Part shown: piece after piece, positions 9,768-20,420 of the stretch
Layout: every line of letters begins with the position of its first letter
Numbering within the stretch: position 1 is the stretch's first letter
Source of the DNA: Mycobacteriales bacterium
GTDB taxonomy: Bacteria; Actinomycetota; Actinomycetes; Mycobacteriales; QHCE01
Length of the DNA stretch: 64,000 bases
Reading direction: 5' to 3'
NCBI GenBank assembly: GCA_041743105.1
Contig: JBGTNI010000072.1
Location: 10,777-74,776, forward strand
Notes under the pieces: generated by a model
What the model saw: only the letters and a program-made list of their open reading frames with translations
Databases searched by the model: none
Told to the model about the DNA's origin: nothing
Position numbers and translations under genes: made by a program

Positions 9768-10295
9768 TCACGGCAGAAGCAGGCGTTGGCCGGGCTCGAT
9801 CCAGACACCGTCGAGGTCGTTGAGTTCGGCAATCTGCAACACCGTTGCCGGCACGCGATGCCGTCCGGCGTGTCGTGCGGCAATGCTCCACACTGTGTCG
9901 CCCGATCCCACCACTACGCTCTTGTGCTCCTGCCTCGATCCCGCTCCCATGGCCCGCGTTTGCGTCGCCACAGCCGCCACCAGCAGCACCGCCAGTACTA
10001 TAAAAACTAGTCTCAGCACTACGCGACCCCGGCAAGTGAGTCGCACCGACGAAGGTCTCGGCGATACTGCTCGGCGTGGCCGGGCCGCGACCGATGCGGA
10101 TCGTCGGAGCTTGGCGGGCAGCGCAGCAGACTCGACTCGTGAAGATACCGAAGGTTGCGCGATCGTCCGGCAAGCTCTACGCGGCCGCGAGGCGAGGTGG
10201 CCCAGGGGCGTCGGACCTGCCGGATCGGAGGAGGGCACCAGGTAGACCCGTGGCTGAGCACCGCCCGTGCGCTCAGCCATTGCGTACTCAGTCAT
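9768..10295 (-). CDS. LysM-domain membrane protein, SOS cell-division inhibitor (YneA/ChiZ-like)
   Basis: VRLT.RGR followed by a TM helix and a LysM domain (VVVGSGDTVWSIA...LNDL...PGQRLLLP). Divergent from lexA. Confidence 0.85.
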   Translation of the reverse strand: MTEYAMAERTGGAQPRVYLVPSSDPAGPTPLGHLASRPRRACRTIAQPSVSSRVESAALPAKLRRSASVAARPRRAVSPRPSSVRLTCRGRVVLRLVFIVLAVLLVAAVATQTRAMGAGSRQEHKSVVVGSGDTVWSIAARHAGRHRVPATVLQIAELNDLDGVWIEPGQRLLLP

Positions 10296-10320
10296 AACAC
10301 ACTCCCGAGGGTCAAACTCT

Positions 10321-10352
10321 TAGCACATTCGTTCGATAGAACATCCGTACGA
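10321..10352. promoter_or_regulatory. Two adjacent degenerate LexA (SOS) boxes
   Basis: TAGCAC-ATTC-GTTCGA and TAGAAC-ATCC-GTACGA versus the actinobacterial consensus TCGAAC-N4-GTTCGA. Confidence 0.7.
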
Positions 10353-10411
10353 GGAGTAGACACCTTGGGTGTGACAAAATCCAGTCCGACCCGGCGCGGC
10401 GGACGGATTTT

Positions 10412-10427
10412 TCGTACATACGTTTGG
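10412..10427. promoter_or_regulatory. Degenerate SOS box upstream of lexA
   Basis: TCGTAC-ATAC-GTTTGG. Confidence 0.6.
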
Positions 10428-10532
10428 TTCAATACCCTCACGGAGGTAGCCTGAGTGGGCCAATTGCCGCAATGAGGGTGGTACTAGCGCTGTCCGTGCC
10501 GGCACCGCACGCCGCAACGAAAGGGGCCACAC

Positions 10533-11276
10533 GTGGCCAGAAAGACGAGCACGCCATCGGTGCGTCTGGTGGCAGAGCTCCCCGAGACGACAGCGATATC
10601 CGATAGGGCAGCGACGATCAGCCCGCGCCAAAAGCGCATTCTTAACGTGATTCGTGAGTCGGTGCGCAGCCGTGGCTATCCACCCAGCGTGCGAGAGATA
10701 GGCGAGGCGGTCGGACTCACCTCGCCCTCCAGTGTCGCCTATCAGCTCACTGTGTTGCACAACAAGGGCTTGTTGCGTCGCGATCCACACCGCCCCCGAG
10801 CAGTGGATGTACGACCGGATAACACCGTGCGACCCGAAACTACTGGCGATGACTCGGCACAGAGCACCGACGACGCTAGCAACGTCGTAACGTTGCGGCC
10901 GCAGCCGCGCTACGTTCCTATGGTGGGTCGCATCGCAGCCGGTGGTCCCATCCTCGCCGAGCAAAACACCGAAGAGGTTTTTCCATTGCCTAAAGAGCTG
11001 GTGGGCGATGGCGAGCTGTTCTCGGTGAAGGTGGTCGGAGATTCTATGATCGATGCCGCCATCTGCGATGGCGACTGGGTTGTCGTGCGCCAGCAACCCG
11101 ATGCCAGCAACGGTGAGATCGTCGCCGCCATGATCGACGGCGAAGCCACTGTAAAAGTGTTCAGCCGCTCCAACGGTCACGCCTGGCTGTTGCCCCGAAA
11201 TGCGGCCTACAAGCCAATCCCCGGGGATGACGCCACGGTGTTAGGTAAAGTGGTCAGCGTGCTACGGCGGCTGTAG
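10533..11276 (+). CDS. lexA: SOS repressor LexA
   Basis: [11 protein letters not shown] wHTH, GRIAAG.P cleavage site, GDSM serine, EATVK lysine. Confidence 0.97.
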   Translation: MARKTSTPSVRLVAELPETTAISDRAATISPRQKRILNVIRESVRSRGYPPSVREIGEAVGLTSPSSVAYQLTVLHNKGLLRRDPHRPRAVDVRPDNTVRPETTGDDSAQSTDDASNVVTLRPQPRYVPMVGRIAAGGPILAEQNTEEVFPLPKELVGDGELFSVKVVGDSMIDAAICDGDWVVVRQQPDASNGEIVAAMIDGEATVKVFSRSNGHAWLLPRNAAYKPIPGDDATVLGKVVSVLRRL

Positions 11277-11311
11277 ACCGCGCGTGTCACAGGTTGCCCC
11301 ACACCATGCGT

Positions 11312-12856
11312 CTACTCAGTGGGATTACGCCCCCCATATACCGTGCCGCGTTTATTACCCGGCGTAGTTGGAGCACCCGCCGGCGGGCGGGCGGCATTCG
11401 CCGAATCGCCGTAAACGGTGCCCTGGCCGGCCTTGCCCCGCGGTGCGGTCGGGGCGGTCGTCGGTGGAGCTGAAACCTGCGGCACCGAAGTCGATGCGGC
11501 GAAGCTGGAGCCGTACGTGGTACCGCGCGACCCCATGCCCGCTGGCGGCACCGTCGCACCGGGACCTGCCGTAATCTGCCGAGGTACCGGACCTGGCGGA
11601 TACAGCAACGGCGCCGGGCCGGGCGGAACGTACGGTCCGGAAACCCCGATAACGTCATCTTCTTCCGCTGGCTCGGCCGTGCTATCGGTGGTGGGCCGCC
11701 TGCGACGCCAGCGCAGTATGCCCAGGATGCCGGAGACAAGCAGCAGCCCGCCCAGCAGTGCAGTGGCGTAAATGCCGCTCATAAGGTTGGTGTGGTTCAG
11801 ATCGGGTACGCCAAATCCCCAGCCGGAATCGTCATCGCTTTGGGAACCCTCACTAGAGTTAGCAGCCGCGCGCGCCGGCTTCCATTGCTGCAACGGCTGC
11901 CCTACACCCTCGGAAAGGGTGACGAATCCGGCGTTGTCCAATGTGTATCCGATGGATTCACCATGTGGCTCCCCCTGCAGCGGCGTGCGGGTCGGATCGC
12001 CGGAAGTCAGAGCTTCGGCGATGGCTCTAGCAGTATTGTTGTCGTCGCCCAACTCCCATTCGTAGGCATCGGTATAGGTGCGCAGTGCCACGTGTTTACC
12101 GTCGGGCGCTACTGCTCCCCCGGTCACCAATACCCCTGCGGCCGGGCCTGCGTCGAGGGGACCTCCGGGCGTTCCCGCAGCGGCGATCGTGACGGTGCCT
12201 GCGGCACGAAGCGCTACCGGCGCGGTCGAGGGAGGCGCTAACGGCCGCGTGGCGACATACACTTTCGCGGTTCCTGAAGACTCTTTGGTAACGATCACCG
12301 GAGTCTTGTCGAGGGGCATGAGCAACGCTTCCGCGTCGTGCGCCCCGTCGGGATAGGCCAAGCGATGGCGGGTAGCGGCACCGGTACCGGGGTTTACCTC
12401 CCAGATCACGACGGTCTCGCGCTCCCGATCGTTATCGCCGATGTCGGCGATCCACAGTGTGCCGTCACCGGTGCGGGCAAGGTCTTCGGGATCGAACGGA
12501 TTCTGCGGCGAGGTCAAGATTCGAGAGATCGAGCATTCTCGATCCAGCAAAAACACGGTCACTTCGTCGCCGCCATCGTTCACGACGGCGTATCCGCTTG
12601 GGGTAGCGACCAGGCCACTGGCCTCAGCGAGCCGCGCATCGCTGTTCGTGCACAGCGTGGCCGCGCCCCCAGGGGCCGCCATCGCGGCCAGAGACATCGG
12701 CCCAAACCCCAGCAGGGCGCACAGTAGCGCCGCCGCGGTAAAGACGCGGGCAAGTAAGGATTGCAGCACAGACACGTGCTCCAGTGTGACAGAATTGCCA
12801 CGGAGTCGCCGTAGCTGCCGCAGAACCTTCACCGCTGACGCACTCGACGGCGACAC
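11312..12856 (-). CDS. Membrane-anchored beta-propeller-like protein with Pro-rich tail (true start probably downstream of the ORF start)
   Basis: E.SGL, DPEDLA, LWIADIGDN, YPDG.HDAEAL and ALRTY.DAYEW motifs, then a TM helix and GTVYG repeats. Confidence 0.75.
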   Translation of the reverse strand: MSPSSASAVKVLRQLRRLRGNSVTLEHVSVLQSLLARVFTAAALLCALLGFGPMSLAAMAAPGGAATLCTNSDARLAEASGLVATPSGYAVVNDGGDEVTVFLLDRECSISRILTSPQNPFDPEDLARTGDGTLWIADIGDNDRERETVVIWEVNPGTGAATRHRLAYPDGAHDAEALLMPLDKTPVIVTKESSGTAKVYVATRPLAPPSTAPVALRAAGTVTIAAAGTPGGPLDAGPAAGVLVTGGAVAPDGKHVALRTYTDAYEWELGDDNNTARAIAEALTSGDPTRTPLQGEPHGESIGYTLDNAGFVTLSEGVGQPLQQWKPARAAANSSEGSQSDDDSGWGFGVPDLNHTNLMSGIYATALLGGLLLVSGILGILRWRRRRPTTDSTAEPAEEDDVIGVSGPYVPPGPAPLLYPPGPVPRQITAGPGATVPPAGMGSRGTTYGSSFAASTSVPQVSAPPTTAPTAPRGKAGQGTVYGDSANAARPPAGAPTTPGNKRGTVYGGRNPTE

Positions 12857-12880
12857 AGCAGCACCGATGACGCCGCTGGT

Positions 12881-13078
12881 TCATCGACCAAGCGGCGAGT
12901 CGTGATGTGAAGCCCCTGCCACACCATCGGAGCTTTTCGTGAAGACCACGGGTGTGCGGTGATTACCGCCACGGCCGTTGATGACGGCGTAGCCGTTTCC
13001 GGTCACGACGAGTCCGCTCATCCGGGCAGTTTGGCATAGCGCATGGTCATCGCATCGAGCAGCGTTCAGGTCGTGCAA
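12881..13078 (-). pseudogene. Remnant of a paralog of 11312..12856
   Basis: LCQTARMSGLVVTGNGYAVING aligns with LCTNSDARLAEASGLVATPSGYAVVND of the adjacent gene. Confidence 0.6.
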
Positions 13079-14487
13079 GCCAGGGCATACAGCTGCGCGG
13101 CGAGTTCGGGCGAGACTCGTGCGCGCAGGTTCGTTCCACGCGAATCGTGGCGCACAGCGAGCACCTCGCCATCGCGATAGACGCGTGAGATAACGTCACC
13201 CCGGTCGAAAGGGACACAGACATCTACCTCCGTGGCCGGTCGCGGCAGCGCGGCGGCCAACGCCTGACGTAGCTGCTCGATTCCGTCGCCGGTCCGAGCG
13301 CAGACATACACCGCGTCTGGTAGGACGCACCGCAGCACGGTCAGTGCCTCCTTGTCGGCGGCATCGATCTTGTTGACCACGAGCAGTTCAGTGGTCTGCC
13401 CCGCGCCCGCTTCGGCAAGCACCGTGCGCACGGTAGCGAGCTGACTAGACGGATCGGGGTCGGAGCCGTCGATGACGTGCATGATCACGTCGGCGTCGGA
13501 CACCTCTTCCAGTGTGGAGGCGAAGGCGTCCACCAGCTGATGCGGCAAATGCCGCACGAACCCGACAGTGTCGGTGAGGGTAAAACCACGACCATCTGGT
13601 GTCTGTGCCCGACGCACGATCGGATCGAGGGTGGCAAACAGCGCGTCCTGGACTAACACATCGGCGGCCGTGAGCCGGTTGAGCAGGCTGGACTTGCCGG
13701 CGTTGGTATAACCGGCGATGGCCACCGCGGGCACCCAGGCACGCCGCCGGGACTGCCGCTGCGTGCCACGTACGGCAGCCATGGCCGCGATCTCCCGGCG
13801 CAACACCCCGATGCGGGCACGGATCCGCCGGCGATCGGTCTCGAGCTTGGTTTCACCGGAACCTTGTCGGGTACCGATACCACCACCGGTACGCGACAAA
13901 GCCTGGCCCCAGCCGCGAAGCCGCGGTAGCAGATAACGAAGCTGCGCTAGTTCGACCTGCGCCTTCCCCGCGCGACTGCGGGCGTGCTGGGCGAAGATGT
14001 CGAGAATGACAGCCACCCGGTCGATGACCTTGACCTTGACGATGTCTTCAAGCTGGATGAGTTGGCCTGGGGAGAGCTCTCCGTCGCAGATCACGGTATC
14101 GGCGCCGGTGTCAGACACCGCATCTTTGAGTTCAGCGGCTTTACCGGAGCCGATATAGGTCGCTGGGTCTGGCTTGTCGCGACGCTGAATCAGCCCCTCC
14201 AGCACCTTCGCACCCGCGGTCTCTGCCAGCGCCGCCAACTCCACCAGCGAGCGCCGTGCCTGCGCTGGAGTGCCGCTGGTCCACACGCCTACCAGCACGA
14301 CCCGTTCCAGCCGCAGTTGTCGGTACTCGACCTCGCTGACGTCTGCCAGTTCGGTGGAGATACCGGCAACGCGGCGCAGCGCATGCCGATCGGAGAGATC
14401 GGCATGGTCGTCGTGGGTCGCGTCGCCGTCTACCGGGCGGAAGGCAGCAGTTGCGGGGGTATCGTCTGTGTCCACGGTTATGGCCAT
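13066..14487 (-). CDS. hflX: GTPase HflX
   Basis: EVEYRQLRLERVVLVG, GYTNAGKSSLLN, LFATLDP, DTVGFVRHLP, NKID. Confidence 0.97.
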   Translation of the reverse strand: MAITVDTDDTPATAAFRPVDGDATHDDHADLSDRHALRRVAGISTELADVSEVEYRQLRLERVVLVGVWTSGTPAQARRSLVELAALAETAGAKVLEGLIQRRDKPDPATYIGSGKAAELKDAVSDTGADTVICDGELSPGQLIQLEDIVKVKVIDRVAVILDIFAQHARSRAGKAQVELAQLRYLLPRLRGWGQALSRTGGGIGTRQGSGETKLETDRRRIRARIGVLRREIAAMAAVRGTQRQSRRRAWVPAVAIAGYTNAGKSSLLNRLTAADVLVQDALFATLDPIVRRAQTPDGRGFTLTDTVGFVRHLPHQLVDAFASTLEEVSDADVIMHVIDGSDPDPSSQLATVRTVLAEAGAGQTTELLVVNKIDAADKEALTVLRCVLPDAVYVCARTGDGIEQLRQALAAALPRPATEVDVCVPFDRGDVISRVYRDGEVLAVRHDSRGTNLRARVSPELAAQLYALACTT

Positions 14488-14529
14488 ACCCTTCTATCGT
14501 ATACGCCCTAGCCCGAAAGTAGGCAGACT

Positions 14530-15954
14530 ATGCCAGGCCGCATGCCCAGCGCGGGTTTCTCCATCACTGTCCGAGTCTCGGTCCCTGCCGAGCCCGCCGC
14601 GATCGGCAAGCTCACCACTGCGGTGGGTGCCGCCGGAGCTGTCGTCACGGCGCTGGATGTGGTCGATTCCGACCACATCCAGGTGGTCGTCGATCTCACG
14701 TGCGATACCGCAGACGGCGACCACGCCGAACGTGTCACAGCGATGCTCCACGACACCGACGGCGTGCAGGTCCGTAAAGTCAGTGACCGCACGTTCCTGC
14801 TGCATTTGGGCGGGAAGATAGAGGTGACGCCCAAGATCTCGCTGCGTAACCGCGATGAACTCTCCCGCGCCTACACCCCAGGGGTCGCACGGGTTTGCCA
14901 GGCCATCGCCGACAACCCCGACGATGCCCGCCGACTCACCATCAAGCGCAATACGGTCGCTGTGGTCAGCGATGGTTCGGCGGTGCTAGGTCTGGGTAAC
15001 ATCGGTCCAGCCGCGTCGCTGCCGGTGATGGAAGGCAAAGCGGCTCTGTTTAAGCGATTCGCCGGGGTAGACGCCTGGCCGGTAGTGCTCGATACCCAGG
15101 ACGTCGATGGCATAGTCGAGATCGTACGTGCTCTTGCACCGGCATATGGCGGCATCAACTTAGAAGACATCGCGGCGCCCCGTTGTTTCGAAATCGAGCA
15201 TCGGCTCCGTGAAACGCTGGATATCCCGGTGTTCCACGACGACCAGCACGGAACAGCGATCGTGGTACTGGCAGCCCTCACCAATGCGCTGCGCGTTGTG
15301 GGCAAGAAACTCGGCGACGTCCGTGTGGTGCTCTCCGGCGCTGGTGCCGCCGGGACCGCGATCATCAAGTTGCTCATGGCTCAAGGTATCGGAGACATCG
15401 TCGCGTGCGATCGGAATGGCGCGCTGTACGCGGGAATGCCGGGGCTGAACCCGGCCATGCGCACCCTCGCCCAGACCACGAATACCGCTGGCTATCGGGG
15501 AAGTCTGGCGGGAGCGTTGCATGGGGCCGATGTCTTCATAGGCGTGAGCGCACCCAACCTGCTCACCGGGGACGACATCGCCATGATGGCAAGAGAGCCG
15601 GTGGTGTTCGCGTTGGCCAACCCCGATCCCGAGGTGGATCCGCGGGAAGCACGGCGGCACGCGGCAGTGGTCGCCACCGGACGCTCCGACGAACCCAATC
15701 AGATCAATAACGTGCTAGCTTTTCCGGGCGTATTCCGCGGGATGCTCGATGCCGGGGCACGCAGCTACTCCGACGAGATGGGGCTTGCAGCAGCTGGTGC
15801 TATCGCCGATGCGGTAGGGACCGGGAAACTCAACGCCAGCGTCATCGTGCCGAGCGTCTTCGACCCGCAGGTGGCGCCGGCTGTCGCTACAGCTGTCGCT
15901 ACAGCTGCCCGGGCGTCGGGGCGGGCGGTGGAGAGAGATTCCGACCTCTCCTAG
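14530..15954 (+). CDS. NAD-dependent malic enzyme with N-terminal ACT domain
   Basis: [59 protein letters not shown]. Confidence 0.93.
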   Translation: MPGRMPSAGFSITVRVSVPAEPAAIGKLTTAVGAAGAVVTALDVVDSDHIQVVVDLTCDTADGDHAERVTAMLHDTDGVQVRKVSDRTFLLHLGGKIEVTPKISLRNRDELSRAYTPGVARVCQAIADNPDDARRLTIKRNTVAVVSDGSAVLGLGNIGPAASLPVMEGKAALFKRFAGVDAWPVVLDTQDVDGIVEIVRALAPAYGGINLEDIAAPRCFEIEHRLRETLDIPVFHDDQHGTAIVVLAALTNALRVVGKKLGDVRVVLSGAGAAGTAIIKLLMAQGIGDIVACDRNGALYAGMPGLNPAMRTLAQTTNTAGYRGSLAGALHGADVFIGVSAPNLLTGDDIAMMAREPVVFALANPDPEVDPREARRHAAVVATGRSDEPNQINNVLAFPGVFRGMLDAGARSYSDEMGLAAAGAIADAVGTGKLNASVIVPSVFDPQVAPAVATAVATAARASGRAVERDSDLS

Positions 15955-16092
15955 CCGCGGTGACAGCGGAGCACTGAGCCGTTACAACACGGTGCGGTTG
16001 ATCAGCTGAAATACTTAGCTGCGACAATGCGGTGGATGTTTGGAGCGCCCCTTACCCCATCCACCGCGCAACCGCTACCAAGGACGCTTGCG

Positions 16093-17157
16093 ATGAGCCC
16101 GAACGGTGAGACGAGCAACCCCTACGGCCGCGTGGCTGACGATGGCACCGTGTACCTGGTGACACCGGACGGCGAACGAGCGGTCGGTTCATGGCAGGCA
16201 GGTTCGCCAAGCGAAGGTTTGGCGCACTACACCCGCCGTTACGATGACCTCGTCACCGACGTGGATCTGCTAGAGCGGCGGCTGCACAGCAAAGCCGCCG
16301 CTCCGCAGAAGACGTTGGAGTCGGCCCGCAAAATCCAGCAGTCGCTGCCCGAAGCGGCGGTTGTGGGCGACATCGCGGCGCTGGAGGTCCGTCTGGCAAC
16401 TGTTATAGGCCAGGCTAAGGGCGCCGCGCTTGCCGCATCGGACGTTAAAAAGGCCGCGCGCCAGGCAGCGCTGGAGGCAAAAGAAGAACTGGTGGCCCGC
16501 GCTGAACAGCTAGCCGGCAGCACTGCGTGGAAACAGACCGGTGAGCAGTTCGCGCAGCTCCTTGCGCAGTGGAAGGCAGCACCCATCATCGACCGCACCG
16601 CCGACAAGGCGCTGTGGAAACGCTACGCGGCGGCGCGGGATGAGTTCAACAAGCGTCGTGGCGCCCACTTCTCAACCCTGGACACGACGCGAAAGGCAGC
16701 GCTGGCCCGCAAGGTTGAGTTGATCGACGCAGCCGAGCTATTGGCTGACTCCACGCAATGGCAGGCCACTGCGGGCAAGCTCAAGGAGCTCATGGCGGAA
16801 TGGAAAGAGCTCCCCCGGCTAGCCAAGAGCGGTGAAGAACAGCTCTGGAACCGATTTCGAGCCGCGCAGGACCGTTTTTTCGCCCACCGATCCGCGGCAT
16901 TTAGTCAGGCCGACTCCGAGCGCAAACGGCACCGCGAGCAGCAACACGCCCTGAGGGCGCAACAGAGCGAACACGACAAGGCCCACAATCCGCTGCTGGA
17001 ATCGATGCGGCAGCAGGTTCATCGCACTGGGCAGCAGCTTGAGCGGGCACGCTCGACCGGCGATGCATCTGCCGTCGCAGAGTTTGAACAGGCGTTGCGG
17101 CACAAACAGCACATCTTGGCACTCGCCGAAGGAATCGGCTCTTCCAAGGCTGTATAG
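16093..17157 (+). CDS. DUF349 domain protein
   Basis: YGRV..DGTVY, VGSWQAG.P.EGLAHY, repeated W...F..L...WK...LW.RF helical units. Confidence 0.88.
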   Translation: MSPNGETSNPYGRVADDGTVYLVTPDGERAVGSWQAGSPSEGLAHYTRRYDDLVTDVDLLERRLHSKAAAPQKTLESARKIQQSLPEAAVVGDIAALEVRLATVIGQAKGAALAASDVKKAARQAALEAKEELVARAEQLAGSTAWKQTGEQFAQLLAQWKAAPIIDRTADKALWKRYAAARDEFNKRRGAHFSTLDTTRKAALARKVELIDAAELLADSTQWQATAGKLKELMAEWKELPRLAKSGEEQLWNRFRAAQDRFFAHRSAAFSQADSERKRHREQQHALRAQQSEHDKAHNPLLESMRQQVHRTGQQLERARSTGDASAVAEFEQALRHKQHILALAEGIGSSKAV

Positions 17158-17237
17158 GTTCGAGAGTGGATAAGTTACTGTTCACTGGCCGGGATGATCG
17201 GCAAGGGCCAAGGAACTACTGGGGAAGGACTCGAACC

Positions 17238-17516
17238 ATGAGCGTCATTATCGGGGCAATCATAGTCGGTACTATCTTAGGCGTCATAGGTCGGCTGCTC
17301 CTCAAAGGCAAGCAGGACATCCCCTGGTGGGCAACCATCGGTGCCGGTATCGTCGCTGCGTTCGTCGGCGGCGCGATCGCGAATTGGTTGGGAGTGGGCA
17401 GCACCGACGGTCCTGACTGGATCCAATACGCCATCCAGATCATCGTTGCCGTGATCGCCGTTTGGGCTGTTGCCTTGCTGATGGGCGGCTCGACCAGGAG
17501 GGGTTCGATCCGGTAA
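17238..17516 (+). CDS. GlsB/YeaQ/YmgE stress-response membrane protein
   Basis: IIVG.ILG.IGRL...GKQ.I.WW.TI..GIV.A, G.DWIQ. Confidence 0.85.
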   Translation: MSVIIGAIIVGTILGVIGRLLLKGKQDIPWWATIGAGIVAAFVGGAIANWLGVGSTDGPDWIQYAIQIIVAVIAVWAVALLMGGSTRRGSIR

Positions 17517-17562
17517 GCGGCCACGTGAAGTAGCACGGCTAAGGGCTAGTGACTGAGCTGAT

Positions 17563-17628
17563 CGACGTCGTTTCCCTGAAACGTAGTAGCAAGGGAGCTT
17601 TTCCCGATGCTTTCGGGAAACGACGTCG
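17563..17628. terminator. Inverted repeat between convergent genes (REP-like / terminator)
   Basis: CGACGTCGTTTCCC ... GGGAAACGACGTCG arms. Confidence 0.6.
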
Positions 17629-17632
17629 TGTC

Positions 17633-19165
17633 CTAGCAGCTTGCGCAGCCGGCGACGCTCATCGATGCCGGCTCCGGCTTGCCGACGCCTGGCATTGGCA
17701 AATTCACCTGCGCCGAAGCGGGAGCTGACCAGGGTGTCTGACCGGCCTGCCATGCATCACCAGCTGGCGTCCGCCGATGGCTGACCAATGGCCCTTCGGC
17801 CAGCAGATAGTAGGGCGTGGCACGACTGACAGTCGCCAGGACCACGTCACCTGGGCGCACCTCGTCGGGATCGGCGCACACGTGCACTAAGCGACCGTCG
17901 CGTGCTCGGCCGGACAATCGAGGCGTGCCGTGGGAAGCGTAAGCATCGTTTTTACGTCCCTGTCCGGCAGCGATGAGCACCTCGACCGTGGCTCCCACCA
18001 GCTGTTTGTTCTGTTCCCAGGAGATCTCTTCTTGTAACGCAACCAATCGTTCGTAACGTTGCTGGACTACCACCTTGGGAACCTGATCGGGCAGTGTCGC
18101 GGCAGGCGTTCCGGGTCGTGGTGAGTACTGGAACGTGAAGGCGCTCGCGAACTGTACTTGCCGAACAACGTCGAGAGTCTGCTCGAAGTCGGCTTCGGTT
18201 TCGCCAGGGAATCCGACGATGATGTCGGTCGTGATCGCGGCGTCGGGCATCTTCTGGCGCACCGCGTCTATGATGCCCAGGTATTTCCGCTGTCGGTACG
18301 AGCGGCGCATCGCTTTGAGTATGGTGTCCGAACCGGACTGTAACGGCATGTGCAGTTGGTGACAGATGGCTGGAGTGTCGGCCATAACGTCTATGACGTC
18401 AGTGGTGAAATCGCGCGGGTGTGGGGAGGTGAAACGGAGCCGTTCCAGGCCGGGAATGCCGCCGCAGGAGCGCAGCAACGCCGCGAAGGCAGCACGGTCA
18501 CCCAGCTCCGATCCGTAGGCATTGACATTTTGACCCAGCAACGTCACTTCCAACACACCGTCGGCGGCGAGCGCCTCCACTTCGGCGAGGATGTCGTCGG
18601 GGCGCCGGTCTTTCTCCTTGCCGCGAAGTGTTGGAACGATACAGAACGTGCACGTGTTGTTGCATCCAACGGAGATCGAGACCCATGCGGAGGCGTGTGC
18701 GTCCCGGCGGGCAGGAAGTGTCGAGGGAAACGTCTCTAGCGCCTCGACGATCTCTACTTGTGCTTGCTGGTTGTGACGAGCCCGCTCCAGCAGCACCGGC
18801 AACGCGCCGATGTTGTGTGTGCCAAACACGGCGTCGACCCATGGCGCGCGACGCACGATCTCGCCACGGTCTTTCTGCGCCAGGCATCCGCCGACCGCAA
18901 TCTGCATGTTGGGATGCTGCTTCTTCATCGGAACGAGCTGGCTCAGGTTGCCATAGAGTTTGTTGTCGGCGTTCTCTCGTACCGCACAGGTGTTGAACAC
19001 CACCAGGTCGGGAATCTGCGTTGGCTCTGCCTGGTGGTAACCCACCGACTCCAACAGGCCGGCCAGACGCTGCGAGTCGTGCACGTTCATCTGACAGCCG
19101 TAGGTCCGCACCTGATAGGTGCGGACCTGGTCGTTCGCTCTAGCGGCCGGAGACTCTGTACTCAT
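17633..19165 (-). CDS. miaB: tRNA methylthiotransferase MiaB
   Basis: [29 protein letters not shown] radical-SAM motif, RFTSPHP, TRAM domain. Confidence 0.97.
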   Translation of the reverse strand: MSTESPAARANDQVRTYQVRTYGCQMNVHDSQRLAGLLESVGYHQAEPTQIPDLVVFNTCAVRENADNKLYGNLSQLVPMKKQHPNMQIAVGGCLAQKDRGEIVRRAPWVDAVFGTHNIGALPVLLERARHNQQAQVEIVEALETFPSTLPARRDAHASAWVSISVGCNNTCTFCIVPTLRGKEKDRRPDDILAEVEALAADGVLEVTLLGQNVNAYGSELGDRAAFAALLRSCGGIPGLERLRFTSPHPRDFTTDVIDVMADTPAICHQLHMPLQSGSDTILKAMRRSYRQRKYLGIIDAVRQKMPDAAITTDIIVGFPGETEADFEQTLDVVRQVQFASAFTFQYSPRPGTPAATLPDQVPKVVVQQRYERLVALQEEISWEQNKQLVGATVEVLIAAGQGRKNDAYASHGTPRLSGRARDGRLVHVCADPDEVRPGDVVLATVSRATPYYLLAEGPLVSHRRTPAGDAWQAGQTPWSAPASAQVNLPMPGVGKPEPASMSVAGCASC

Positions 19166-19262
19166 AGGGTGAGTGTAGTTTCCTATGGTCTCAAACTGAC
19201 TCGCGCCGCTCCCTACAGCAGTACGATGGCTGAGTCAGCGGTATCGGAACCGAAAGGTCTGT

Positions 19263-19682
19263 GTGAACATGGAGCAATGGTCAGCCGAGCACAGGCAAGC
19301 GGTAGAGGAGGCACGAGCTCAACACCTCACGGACGCTGAAACAGGCGATCCGAACCTTGCAGAGCAGAATAGAAACCTGGCAGCACAGCTCGACGAGCTG
19401 TTGGGTAACTGGCCAGGTGTGCCAGAGCAATGGTCGGACGAGCATAGGCAAGCGGTAGAGGCGCTACGAGCTCAACACCTCACGGACGCTGAAACAGGCG
19501 ACCCGAACGTTGCAGAGCAGAATAGAAACCTGGCAGCACAGCTTGACGAGCTGTTGGGTAACTGGCCCCAGCACCAAGCTCACCAGGATCCCGTCCAAGG
19601 TGGCGGCAACGTAGCGCAAGCCGCGCTGAGGCCAGGGACCACTCCGCGCGATCGACGCTCCGGCACAAGACGAACAGTCTGA
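19263..19682 (+). CDS. Orphan protein with two 51-aa repeats and a basic C-terminal tail
   Basis: GAAAGG RBS. EQWS.EHRQAVE..RAQHLTDAETGDPN.AEQNRNLAAQLDELLGNWP occurs twice, with a 153-bp period (19272 and 19425). Confidence 0.8.
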   Translation: MNMEQWSAEHRQAVEEARAQHLTDAETGDPNLAEQNRNLAAQLDELLGNWPGVPEQWSDEHRQAVEALRAQHLTDAETGDPNVAEQNRNLAAQLDELLGNWPQHQAHQDPVQGGGNVAQAALRPGTTPRDRRSGTRRTV

Positions 19683-19692
19683 ACGCCCGCAT

Positions 19693-20190
19693 TTAGCTCG
19701 GTTCGTCGTCGAGTTCTAACGCTTGGCGCACCACACGGTAGGCAAGTTCCCCGCAATAGCCCTTGCGTGCCAGCAGACTTACCAGTCGCCGGGTGCGGGT
19801 CGCGTCGTCATACCGGGCCAAACCGGCAAGTTTGCGTTCCACCAACGCCCGCGCTGTCTGTTCCTCGGTCTCTGGGCCGAGCTGCCGCACCGCGGCATCT
19901 ATGTGCGCTGGGTCCACGCCCTTTCGGTACAGCTCGGTACGCAACAGGCGACCGGCATTGCCGTGACCGCGATGCCGTTGCTCTACCCACTGTTGCGCGT
20001 AGGTGGCGTCGTCTATCAGGCCCACTTCGGTGAAGCGGTCGAGCACGGCCGCCGCTGCGGCATCGGGCACCTCCCGCCGCCGCAGCGTCTGCTCTAGCTC
20101 GGCCCGGGTACGCGGCTTGCGTTCCAGCTGTTGCAGGCAAATGAGCCGCGCTACCGATTCCGGGTTGTTGCCCTGAGGCTCCATAAACAT
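19693..20190 (-). CDS. recX: Regulatory protein RecX
   Basis: ARLICL..L...PRTRAEL, VLDRFTEVGLIDD, RRLVSLLARKGY. Downstream of recA. Confidence 0.93.
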   Translation of the reverse strand: MFMEPQGNNPESVARLICLQQLERKPRTRAELEQTLRRREVPDAAAAAVLDRFTEVGLIDDATYAQQWVEQRHRGHGNAGRLLRTELYRKGVDPAHIDAAVRQLGPETEEQTARALVERKLAGLARYDDATRTRRLVSLLARKGYCGELAYRVVRQALELDDEPS

Positions 20191-20230
20191 CTCGCTTATC
20201 GATCACAGTGAAGAGCGCCTCAATAGATCG

Positions 20231-20416
20231 CCTGCCAAGGCCGCAGGAGCCGCCGCGTGCACCGCACCTGATTGCTGGCTCGCAAGCTGCGCCAGGCACA
20301 CGCAAGGCGGCTCAAAACATTGGAACGCCGGCAGGAACATCCGGTAGGTGGTCCTGCCAAGGCCGCAGGAGCCGCCGCGTGCGAAGGCACGCAAGGCGAC
20401 GAGAACGCCGGCAGGG
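20231..20416. repeat. Two copies of a REP-like intergenic repeat
   Basis: CCTGCCAAGGCCGCAGGAGCCGCCGCGTGC at 20231 and 20353, each followed by ..GCAAGGCG..GAACGCCGGCAGG. Confidence 0.75.
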
Positions 20417-20420
20417 CCAC

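Noticed and set aside
11312-11700. Pro-rich tail of the membrane protein as another translocation signal
   Set aside because: The protein has a signal peptide and TM anchor, and the GTVYG-repeat tail is a cytoplasmic feature of this family.
15880-15907. 12-bp tandem repeat in the malic enzyme 3' end
   Set aside because: In-frame micro-duplication (AVATAVATA) of no evident significance.
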